Below, piece after piece: positions 13,381-23,569 of a stretch of DNA of 64,000 bases. Numbering within the stretch: position 1 is the first letter of the stretch; each line of letters starts with the position of its first letter. The DNA is from Vitrella brassicaformis CCMP3155 (lineage: Eukaryota; Protista; Chromerida): NCBI GenBank assembly GCA_001179505.1, contig CDMY01000392.1, forward strand, positions 1 to 64,000, in the 5' to 3' direction. The position numbers and the translations under genes are program-made. The notes beneath the pieces are model-generated. The model made no database searches. It was given only the letters and a program-made list of their open reading frames with translations, and was not told the origin of the DNA.

Positions 13381-13417
<37 letters not shown>

Positions 13418-14941
13418 TGCATGGGTGTGGTGCTGCTGCAGCTGGCTCGGGGGGCCGTGTAGTGGTGATCGGGGTCAGTTCGGACCTGTCTACGGGAGGG
13501 TGTGTGAACGTGTCCACACAAGGCCACGATAAGTGGGTGGGCGATGTGGACCTATTCCACGGACGGTGAGGCAGAGGGTGAGGCAGACGGAGAGGGAGAC
13601 AGCGCATCCAACACCCATGTGTGTGTCCTTCCTCAACAGTAGCATGATGGGCGACATGGATGAGCTGCACTCGCTCTCCCGCCCCGACAGCCCGGCACTG
13701 CTCGTGACGTCCTCGGCAGCGTGTGACATCAGGTAGGCGACAGAGAGAGAAAGATGATTAGGACCACCCTACCTACCAATGAGTCCATCAGCTTTGTGTG
13801 CTTCCATCGTCAGGCTATGGCGGTGGCGCGATCTGATCACTGGAGGCCGCCACAGCGATCTGGGCGGCGCAGCACACATCTTCGACTGCCACGAGGTGAC
13901 GCCCACACGACAGACACAGAGCCTGGTCCATCCACTTAGTTATGTGTTGAGTGCAGCAAGGTCTGTACTCGCATCACGTCAATCCGGTGGATCAGTCGGC
14001 CAGCAGCGGTGGGCTCATCGCCACCGGCGGCAGGGACAAGTGCTTAAAGCTGTGGGCCTTCACCGCCACAGGCATCCAGGCAAACCCCCTCCACACCATC
14101 CCTGACGCACATCACGGTTCGGTGAAAGCGGTGCGCTGGAGCCCTTTCAGCGGCAACCTGCTGGCGTCGTCGGGCAACGATCGGCTGCTGCGGCTGTGGG
14201 ACGTCCGCAGTAGTGGCAAGACCGCCGCTGCTGTCGCCATACAGCCGTCGGGCGACAACACTTCACAGACGGCATTCGACCCTGGTACGCGCCATGCACA
14301 CACACACGCGTAGACAGGCACATAGTGGGCCGTGTGGAATGGGTGATTGATTGATGGCTGGGTCAGGCCATGAGTATGTGGTGAACCACATCTCGTGGCA
14401 GCCGATGAGCGCATATCACCCGCTGCCTCTGCTGCTCAGCTACGGCAACGACCAGATCGCATGCGTGACTGACCTCCGGTGAGGAGCGGGGGAGACACAT
14501 GGGGCCATGGATGGCCGTGTGTGGATGTGCGTGTGTGGGGGGGGTGGCGGTGTGGCAGGTTCCCAGCAAGATCCCTGCTGCGGCTGAGTGAGCAGAGGGG
14601 CCGAGAGCGGTCCGTCCAATTCCCGCCCTCTCCTTGCTGGGTAAGCCAGCCAGCCAGCCAGACAGCCAGGCAGGCAGCAACGACTCACACACACACACGA
14701 GCCGCTTTTGCCGTCTTAGGCACAGCACGGCCTGTCCGTCATGTGTCTGGGCATCCAGCCGGCCCGGGTGTATGTCTACTCGTCGCGGACGGGCCACCTG
14801 ACGCACAAGGAGGACATAGAGGAGTCGAGGGGGCGGCACATAGCCTGCAGCGACGCGCTGGGGGCGGTGTGCGTCAACCTGGGAGGCCCGCAGAGGTATC
14901 AGTTGCTGTCTGCTGTCAGGTCAGGGGGCCTGTGTAAGTAA
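12426..14941 (+). CDS. WD40-repeat protein with an N-terminal PIP-box-like motif, RRSARL motif and WDxR (DCAF-like; WDR76/DDB2/CDT2 class, orthology unresolved)
   Basis: QTSILGFL at residues 5-12; VRRSARL; WD repeats GHDKWVGDV, IATGGRDKCLKLW, AHHGSVKAVRWSP, LASSGNDRLLRLWDVR, GHEYVVNHISW. Confidence 0.8.
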
Positions 14942-15768
14942 ACATATACCTGTGTAGAGGGGGGCGGCGGGTCGTTGGTCCCCTCGTGTGTTTGCCTTGC
15001 TGTGGATAGACCGGTTTCTTTGTTTCGGTGTACATGGGAGAATCCTTCAATGCATCCATGTGTCGATTCCACGCGTCCCGTTTCTTAGTTCGGCGACCAA
15101 CACCGCGCAATCAGGCATCACCCCAAGCCAGTCATGCAGGCAGAAGGCAGGCAGGCAGGCGAAATGACCCACACTATGATGATGAAGGCCGACAAATAGC
15201 TACAAAGCGGTTCCTCGCTTGACTGACTGACCCAAACAGCAAACAACCGTTTGGGTTTTTTTGTGGTGAGAAATACCACCCACACGAACACACCGAGACA
15301 GCAGCCAGCCATCGCCGACTGTGTGCACGGCTTGTGCACATCTAATCAGACCAGAGCTGGCACGCCCATTGCAGCACCATGTGTGTCAACACTCACACCA
15401 ACACACACACCAACACACACACACATGAAGAGTAGTGCGAAGAAAAAGGTCATGGGTCGCACAACCACGCCGCAGCAGATGAAATCACCAGAAACTCTCT
15501 CTACGCATAGCCGGCCAATAGCACAGCAAAGAACGTCAGACGGGAAGGGCAAGCTACGCACGTACATATCTGCACATGTCATCCATCATTCAGTGGGCCA
15601 TCTTTCTCTCTCTCCCTCTCTCTGTGTCAGCCGCTCCAACACCTGTTTAACACGCCACACAGTACAGTCAAACCGCAAGCAATGCACTCACTGCACGTCA
15701 ACATTCACCCCAGAACAGCCCACCCATGATCAATCACCGCCCGGTCCAGTCAGAGCGAACGCCGGCAC

Positions 15769-16340
15769 TCAATCGCCGGCACCAGAGCCACTGTTGACCG
15801 GGGCGGCAGCACCGTAAGGCGGGACATATGGTGGCGGCTGTGGGCGTGGCCGGGGTGGCGGCGGGGGCCGCGGCTGCGGCGGTGGCTGTGGTGGCCTGCC
15901 AGTGTACACACGATTGCGGCAGCAGGGGACCACCGGGCCCAGCCATCCGCACAAGTACTGGGGACAGGAGCGCTGCAGCTCACGCCTCTCTCCTCCAGTC
16001 GCATCATCGGCAGCTGCACACAGCCAAGCCAGCCAGCACACACGCAGACACGTAATAAATGCAGTCACTGCGAGAGGACCACTCTGCTTCCCTCGCTCAC
16101 CCTCACCGTCCGTGTCGATGGCCTCCGTCGACAAATTCACAGGCCCGCGGAGCGCCTGAAGAAACACACAGGGGACCCAGTGGGCGATGAGTCAGGCCTT
16201 CAGTCGACTGGCCCTTTTCTCCTCCCTACCATCGCATTAGTGGCGGCAGCAGCTGGCGCCATGGCCGCATTGGTGCACATGGCGCACACAACAGCAGCAA
16301 CAAGCAGGAGGGCGCCAGTCAGAGGCAGCAGGACCTTCAT
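15769..16340 (-). CDS. Secreted Cys-rich pre-pro-peptide, copy A (Cys module plus Pro-rich tail)
   Basis: Signal peptide MKVLLPLTGALLLVAAVVCA; exon ALRGPVNLSTEAIDTDGE; ERRELQ then RSCPQYLCGWLGPVVPCC, followed by Pro-rich sequence. Splice phases are consistent. Confidence 0.7.
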
Positions 16341-17501
16341 TGACAGACCTCGTCTCGCTTTGGCTGGGGAGAGAGAGAGGGAGCAAAGGGGCTGGTGCCG
16401 GAACAGATCTGACGCGCAGAGGTAAGATCTCGACCTCTACTCCGTCTTCGCGGTGCGTTCGGGATGGCCTCTCTCTCTCTGCGGCCACAAACTCACGTTC
16501 GTGTGAGGCCATGAGGCCCTCCGTGTGTTGCCTGGTGCTCCTGGGATGTCATTCCGCTCTTTTGGCCGCAGACGATCTCCTTTTTCTGAGCTCGCCTTTT
16601 TCGAAGGCGTGGATTTCTCGAATGGAGATCTCCGCTACACGCGGCAGATGATCAGTGTGGACGTCGACATTGTGCATGCCGTAGACGGCCTGACCCCTTG
16701 ATCCATTCTTTCATTCGACCAGTATGCGAGCGTCTGTCTTTACATGTCTGTCTGTCTGTCCAGTCTGTTTGTCTGGTGGGACCGTCTGCATTGTGCTGAG
16801 CAGGGCAGTATGGATGGATGGATGGATAATGGGAGGCACGCATCAGCAATTTACGTGGATGGATGTACTTCACGCAGTGACTCCCGTCGGTCTCTTATTC
16901 CGTCCCATACCCCACTCGTCATGGAATGGAATATGGACAGACGGCACACACAGACATACACAGTCACTTGCCATCAACACAGACAACGAAGCACTCAGGT
17001 CAAGTCAGGTCAGGGTTCGGTGGACGACTCACCCAACACGAATCCCTAACGGACACGGACGACTGCCGAGCCACACACACACGCACACACAAGACGGGTT
17101 GATGTGTAACGATGCGCCCGTGGCCACGGCACGTACAAACATGAACAGTCGATCGCGATGTAATGATAACGAGCTACGGACACTCAAATGGACAAACGAT
17201 GCTCACGAGCAGCACACGTGAATGCAATGGACAGACATGCAGACAGACATGCAGACAGACAGACAGACAGCCAACCAGACAGACAGACATCCAGGCCAAT
17301 CAACACACACTATCCCCACACGCCTACCCACAGGGGAGGCACCCTCAGAAAATGAGAGGCTCCCCGGGCACGCGTGTATCTCTCTGTAGACTTAATGAAA
17401 GAATAATGACGCACACGCCGCAGGCAGACGAGTGCAGGCAGTAGGTGCACCACAGCCAGCGGGTCGAAAAATCACGCATTCTCTATGTCTGGCTGTCTCG
17501 T

Positions 17502-18345
17502 CTACCTGCTGCACCCCCCACTCAGAGCACAGCACCTATCATCCCACTCGCTCTTCAAGGGGGGGCAAGGTAGCGCGCCGTTGGGTAGCCCAGAGCACAT
17601 ACAGTCAGGCATCGTGTTCATCTGTTCGAAGCACTTCTTCGCGCAGGCGAGAGGCTTCAAAAAGTCGGGGATTCCGACTGCCATGCAGCCTCCGGCCTGA
17701 CGGACCGCGTCACAGGTCTTCGCGCACGCCTGAACCCACACTTCCTGGATCTTCCTGTCGCAGCAAGGACTACTTGGCCCGCAGCCGGTGGGAGGGGGTG
17801 GGGGGGGATTGGGCGCGGGGGGAGTGCCCCCACCACGGCAGCAGGGAATCACTCCGCCCAGCCATCCGCACAAGTACTGGGGACAGTAGCGCTGCAGCAC
17901 ACGCCTCTTTCCTCCAATGGCATCGTCGGCAGCTGCAGGTAGGAACACACACACACACGGAGACAAAGAGTGAATGGACTCCCGGAGAGAGTCAGCTCCG
18001 CTGCTTCTTTCTGAGGAACGCTCACCATTGGAGTTGGTGTCGATGACGTCCGTCGAGGCATTGACGGGAAGAGGCACCTGAATACACACACACACCGACA
18101 GACACACACACAGACAGACAGACAGACACAGACAGACACAGACAGACACAACAAAGAGGGAAGGAAGCCGTCTGAGCGACACCTCAATCACTTTTGTGCG
18201 TGGGCGTTTTGCCTACCGTCGTCGCATTGAAGGCGCCGTCACTAGCTAGTCCGTCCAAATCGGTCGAAGCGGCGCGGAGGGCGGGGCCGGCCATCACAGC
18301 AGCAGCCAGCAGAAGGGCGCTAACAAGGCACAGCAGAGTCTTCAT
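17502..18345 (-). CDS. Secreted Cys-rich pre-pro-peptide, copy B
   Basis: MKTLLCLVSALLLAAVMAGPALRA | VPLPVNASTDVIDTNSN | AADDAIGGKRRVLQ RYCPQYLCGWLGGVIPCC, Pro linker, CGPSSPCCDRK...CAKTC...C...CAKKC...CMC...PC...CCALSGGCSR*. Confidence 0.8.
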
Positions 18346-19282
18346 GGTCGCGAGGTCACAGATGGAAACGAGGCCTCAAGTGGTCGAAATAGACTTCGTC
18401 GTTCGGTGACAAGACAAGATGCAAGAGGCCGTCGGTGGAGCAGATGCCGACAGATCTGAGTAGCCCGGGAGGGCGAAGGCCGCTTGTGTGGGTGAAGACA
18501 GCGACAGAGAAGACAGAGAAGAGAGTGCTCTGAGCTCTCTCCATTCTCTCACACCTGTAGCTCAGCTCGCACCTGTCGGAGGCTGAGCTCCTCGAAGAAG
18601 GACGAGAGATCCACATCGCCTGCGACGAACAAACGAACGAATGAGATTGTTTGCAAGCTCTGATCGGGTTTCCCGAAACCCTGTAGCCTAACTCATCCTG
18701 TCCAGCCCGACAATTTCTTGCTACTTGGAGTGTGTCGGCGGACATTGCAGTGTCACCGCACAGTGCGTAAGAGACAGTTATGTCAGGGCGACCAACAGGA
18801 GGGTGAGTTCGTGTCCGTGTCCATCTCATCTCACACGTACCGATCGCTGGCGGGATTCTTTTGATGTGAGGCTCACAAGTCGGTCGTATGCAGTAGATTT
18901 ATTCGTCAGAGTTGTCAGGCAATGCATGACCAATGCATGAGCAATCTTAACTGTGGATATTAGTCGATTGCCCTCTGCTGCACATGTGGTTCTCACTCGA
19001 TGATTCGTTCACTCGTCCAACATGATTCGTTCACTCAGGTCTGATCGGTCGCTTATATCTGTCTCACGTCCCACCGTTTCCTCCTCCCTCCCCCAGAACT
19101 GCCTGCCCTCTCCCGCCCTGCCGTCACTTCACATCAACAAAACACATGTACTTCACCAAAAGACATATACAAAGGATGTATACAAGAGAACAACAGGGAG
19201 GAAGCAAGGAGGCAGGCAAAATGACGATGTACACAAATCGGCTAATCATGTCACGAACACTGAGAAATCACAATAGATTGCC

Positions 19283-20030
19283 TCACCCACTGAAGCAGTC
19301 CCGCCTGCATGGTGCACAGGCAGGCAGACATACGAACGACGGGGTGTTTGTGGCAAGTAAGGAAAACGCAACACAGACACAGACACACACACACACACCC
19401 AGCACAGCACTCGAACGTACAAGTGACTCGCCGACTGTGTGCACCGGCTGTACACACCAGACCAGACCAGACAACGGACTGCGGGAGAGAGTGACTCCCG
19501 GAGAGAGTCAGCTCCGTTGCTTCTTTTCGAAGGGACGCTCACCATTGGAATCGGTGTCGATGGCGTCCGTCGAGGCATTGACAGGGATAGGCACCTGAAC
19601 ACACACACACACACACACACACACGCGGGCGCACAGACAGAGAGAGATTCCCACAGAGACACTTATACAAATGTCCGTATGTGTATATGAATATACGTAG
19701 TATATGTATGTATATATGTATATATATATCTACTTACGTACATACACTTACACACATACACAGTACGTACGTATACATATGTATGTGTGCATTTGTATAC
19801 ACAGACGGACGGACGGACGGACAGACAGACACACAGCAGTCTGAGCGACTGTCACACCTCAATCACATTCGTGGGTGGGATGGATGGATCACCGTTTCTG
19901 CAGCGAATGCGTTGAGACGATTTGAGGCGTTGCTGGCATCGGTCATGGCGCGAAGGGAGGGGCCGGCACTCACAGCAGCTGCAGCCGCTGCTGGTACGGG
20001 CGGGGCGGGGTGGGCCGTCTGTTGGGGATG
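19283..20030 (-). CDS. Pre-pro-peptide family copy C; 5' end unresolved; predicts the short peptide VTCTFECCAGRDCFSG
   Basis: Four phase-consistent exons: ...AAVSAGPSLRA...AET | VPIPVNASTDAIDTDSN | AGAHSRRVTCTFECCAG | RDCFSG*. I found no intact ATG plus signal peptide upstream. Confidence 0.5.
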
Positions 20031-20674
20031 GCCTGCAGACACACAGACAGATGCAGTGCACACACTTTGTGAGTACGCGGACTTATGTTGATCTGGTGCT
20101 GTGTGGTGCCGGCAGAGAAGAAATACGAGTCGGGCAACGACCAAGTACTCACTCACGCCTGCACACACAAGACACACAGACGTGCAGACAGATGCCTGTG
20201 AGCTCTGGATGTAGAGCTGCTGCCACTCACACAACCAAGACAGCCGTTTGGCCGAGGGCTTACATGCATGGACCTTGCCGATTGTCGACGCGACGCAGGA
20301 CAGTATGATGGATGGATGGATGGATAATGGGAGGCACGCATCAGCAATTTACGTGGATGGATGGTAGTGGCAACAGGTCACGTGCACATCCGACATCACT
20401 TGCCATCATCAAAGAACATTCAGATCAGAGCGCATCAACACAGACAACGAAGCACTCTGGTCAGGTCTGTGGACGAGCGACTCACCCAACACGAATCCCT
20501 AACAGACATGGACGACTGCCGAGCCACACACACACGCACACAACACGTGTATCTCTCTGTAGACTTAATGAAAGAATAATGACGCACACGCCACAGGCAG
20601 ACGAGTGCATGCAGTAGGTGCACCACAGCCAGCGGGTCAGAAAATCACGGATTCTCTACGTCTGGCTGTCTCGT

Positions 20675-21324
20675 CTACCTGCTGCACCCCCCACTCAGAG
20701 CACAGCACCTATCATCCCACTCGCTCTTCAAGGGGGGGCAAGGTAGCGCGCCGTTGGGTAGCCCCGAGCACATACAGTCCGGCATCGTGTTCATCTGTTC
20801 GAAGCACTTCTTCGCGCAGGCGAGAGGCCTCAAAAAGTCGGGGACCTGTGCGAGTGCCATGCAGCCTCCGGCCTGACGGACCGCGTCACAGGTCTTCGCG
20901 CACGCCTGGACCCACACTTCTTGGATCTTCCTGTCGCAGCAAGGACTACTTGGCCCGCAGCCGGTGGGAGTGGTCGGGGGGGGATTGGGCGCGGGCGGAG
21001 TGCAAATGTTGGAGGGGACGCAGTTCAACCAGCAGCTGTCGTCCCTAGGACCGCAGGTGTTGCAGCAGCGTTGCAGGCGTCGAAGGGATCCACGAACACC
21101 TGCATGGTGAAGCGGGCACACACAGTGACAACACGTCACGACGGGGGGAACTGTGCTGTTTCCTTACCGTCTTGTGTGGTGTTTTCGGCGGCGTTGTGGG
21201 TTTCGGTGGCGTTCTGGTGGTCGGCGGCGGTAGGCAAATCGCTTGTAGCGGCGCGGAGGGCGGGGCAAGCGATCACACCACCAGCCAGCAGAAGGGCGCT
21301 AACAAGGCACAGCAGCATCTTCAT
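20675..21324 (-). CDS. Secreted Cys-rich pre-pro-peptide, copy D
   Basis: MKMLLCLVSALLLAGGVIACPALRA...TTQD | GVRGSLRRLQ RCCNTCGPRDDSCWLNCVPSNIC, Pro linker, then a C-terminal Cys domain nearly identical to that of copy B. Confidence 0.8.
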
Positions 21325-22255
21325 TGTCACGAGATAAGAGATGGACACGAGGCCTCAAGTGGTCGAAATAGACTTCGTCGTTCGCTGACAAGACAAGATG
21401 GAAGAGGCCGTTGCTCCAGCAGATGCCGACAGATCTGAGTAGCCCGGGAGGGCGAAGGCCGCTTGTGTGGGTGAAGACAGAGACAGAGAAGACAGAGAAG
21501 AGGGTGCTCTGAGCTCTCTCCATTCTCTCACACCTGTAGCTCAGCTCGCACCTGTCGGAGGCTGAGCTCCTCGAAGAAGGACGAGAGATCCACATCGCCT
21601 GCGACGAACAAACGAACGAAGGAGATGCAAGCTTTGATCGAGTTTCACGAAACCCTGTAGCCTAACTCATCCTGTCCAAGCCGGACAATTTCTTGCTACT
21701 TGGAGTGTGTCGGCGGACATTGCAGTGTCACCGCACAGTGCATAAGCGACAGTTATGTCAGGGCGACCAACAGGAGGGTGAGTTCGTGTCCGTGTCCGTC
21801 TCATCTCACACGTACCGATCGCTGGCGGGATTCTTTTGATGTGAGGCTCACAACTCGGTCGTATGCAGTAGATGAATTCGTCAGAGTTGTCAGGCAATGC
21901 ATGAGCAATGCATGAGCAATCTTCACTGTGGATATTAGTCGATTGCCCTCTGCTGCACATGTGGTTCTCACTCGATGATTCGTTCACTCGTCCAACATGA
22001 ATCGTTCACTCAGGTCTGATCGGTCGCTTATATCTGTCTCACGTCCCACCGTTTCCTCCTCCCTCCCCCAGAACTGCCTGCCCTCTCCCGCCCTGCCGTC
22101 ACTTCACATCAACAGAACACATGTACTTCACCAAAAGACATATACAAAGGATGTATTCAAGAGAACAAGGCAGCAAGCAAGGAGGCAGGCAAAATGACGA
22201 TGTACACAAATCGGCTAATCATGTCACGAACACTGAGAAATCACAATAGATTGCC

Positions 22256-22420
22256 TCACTCACTGAAGCGGCACCGCCTGCGTGGTGCACAGGCAGACAT
22301 ACGAACGACGGGGTGTTTGTGGTGAGTAAGGAAAACACAGACAAGGGGCTCTCCAACACAGCACTCGAACGTACAAGTGACCAGGCGCCCAGCGATCGTC
22401 GACTGTGCACCGACTGTACA
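22256..22420 (-). pseudogene. Remnant of the last two exons of copy C (VTCTFECC...)
   Basis: Nucleotide match to 19283-19450 (gtcacttgtacgttcgagtgctgtg). The splice donor is altered and the upstream exons are absent. Confidence 0.45.
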
Positions 22421-22632
22421 CACCAGACGTATCGAAGCGACATCGTATGAACAAATCAACACAGGCACACACACGAATGGCGTTGTAGGGGCAGACAGCC
22501 ACTCAGTAGCACAGTACAGCAGCTGTCAGCGGGGCTGGTTTCTCACGACATCAGTCAGTAGGGCATTCAGCCGCTCCTTTTTTTGGACGCAGCTTCGATC
22601 GAACCAGACAAACAAGCCTACAGCCAGCAAAA

Positions 22633-22665
<33 letters not shown>

Positions 22666-22734
22666 CAATGCACTGCACGCCGCTCACTCCTGCCCACCCC
22701 GCCAACCTACCTCGCGGGGACGCCCATGCCCTGC

Positions 22735-23569
22735 TCAGTAGCGCTGGGATGGGTGCTGCCCTTGCCCGCCAGGTGGTGGCTGCCGTTGCCCGCCAGGCCC
22801 TTGCCCGCCAGGCCCTCGCCCGCCAGGCCCTTGCTCGCCAGGCCCTCGCTCGCCAGGCCCTCGCTCGCCAGGCCCTGGCTCGCCAGGCCCTCGCCCGCCA
22901 GGCCCTTGCTCGCCAGGCCCTGGCTCGCCAGGCCCTCGCTCGCCAGGCCCTGGCTCGCCAGGCCCTTGCTCGCCAGGGGACAGCTGGGGGGCGAGTTGAC
23001 TGGAGCCACTGATGGTGAAGCGGACAGTGCAACAGCACTCCGCACCACCTGGTCCATTGCACCACGTGCAGTCAGCACCATCCGCCACAGCGCACGGGTC
23101 CCGAAAGTCTATTGCAGGGTGGGGCAAGATGAAGAATTGGCAACAGCAATCCGCACGATGGCACACCCAGCAGTTTTGGAGCCCCCCCGCAACCATCGTG
23201 GCACACGTGTCGCTCAGCTCGCGCCTTTCTGCTCCAGTCTCGTCACCAACACCTGTGTGTAGGCAGCACATACGCGAGAATCAGTAGTGCGCTTCGCTCG
23301 CTGTCTCTGTCTGATAGCCGCTCACCATCGGGGTCCATGTTGATAAGAGGCACCTGAAAGAACACATCACACGCAAAGGGAAGACAAGCAGCCGGCTGAC
23401 CGAGTCGGTCGGTCAATGTCTGGTGGATGGCTGTTGTGCCTACCGTCGCATTGAAGGCGCCGTCACGAGCTAGTCCGTCCAAATCGGTCGAAGCGGCGCG
23501 GAGGGCGGGGCCAGCGGTCACAGCACCAGCCAGCAGAAGGGCGCCAACAAGGCACAGCAGAGTCTTCAT
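22735..23569 (-). CDS. Secreted pre-pro-protein, copy E: two C-x-C-x2-C-x-CCC modules plus a GPGE(Q/R/P) repeat tail
   Basis: MKTLLCLVGALLLAGAVTAGPALRA | VPLINMDPD | GVGDETGAERRELS DTCATMVAGGLQNCWVCHRADCCC...DPCAVADGADCTWCNGPGGAECCC...(GPGEx/GPGGx)n. Confidence 0.75.
22786..22976. repeat. 15-bp minisatellite, about 13 units (consensus ggccctYgcYcgcca), coding for GPGEx in copy E
   Basis: Tandem units are directly visible; no spacers. Confidence 0.95.

Larger units (their letters stand above)
16790..22430. repeat. Tandem segmental duplication of about 3 kb (~16790-19470 versus ~20295-22430)
   Basis: Near-identical non-coding blocks: 18350-19290 with 21330-22270 (5' flank), 17370-17500 with 20545-20675, and 16800-17085 with 20300-20540 (3' flank). 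A more diverged third 5' block lies at 23570-24060. Confidence 0.9.

Noticed and set aside
18356-18940. ORFs in the duplicated 5' block (also 21299-21987 and 23600-24157)
   Set aside because: Frames are not conserved among the three copies and there is no coding bias; more likely UTR or promoter.
22786-22976. CRISPR-like array
   Set aside because: Contiguous tandem units with no spacers, no cas genes, and a eukaryotic context.
22526-23262. ORFs reading (ALARQ)n, (RARAW)n, (ARPSL)n and (GLASE)n
   Set aside because: They are alternative frames of the stop-free 15-bp minisatellite; only the GPGEx frame connects in phase to a signal-peptide exon.
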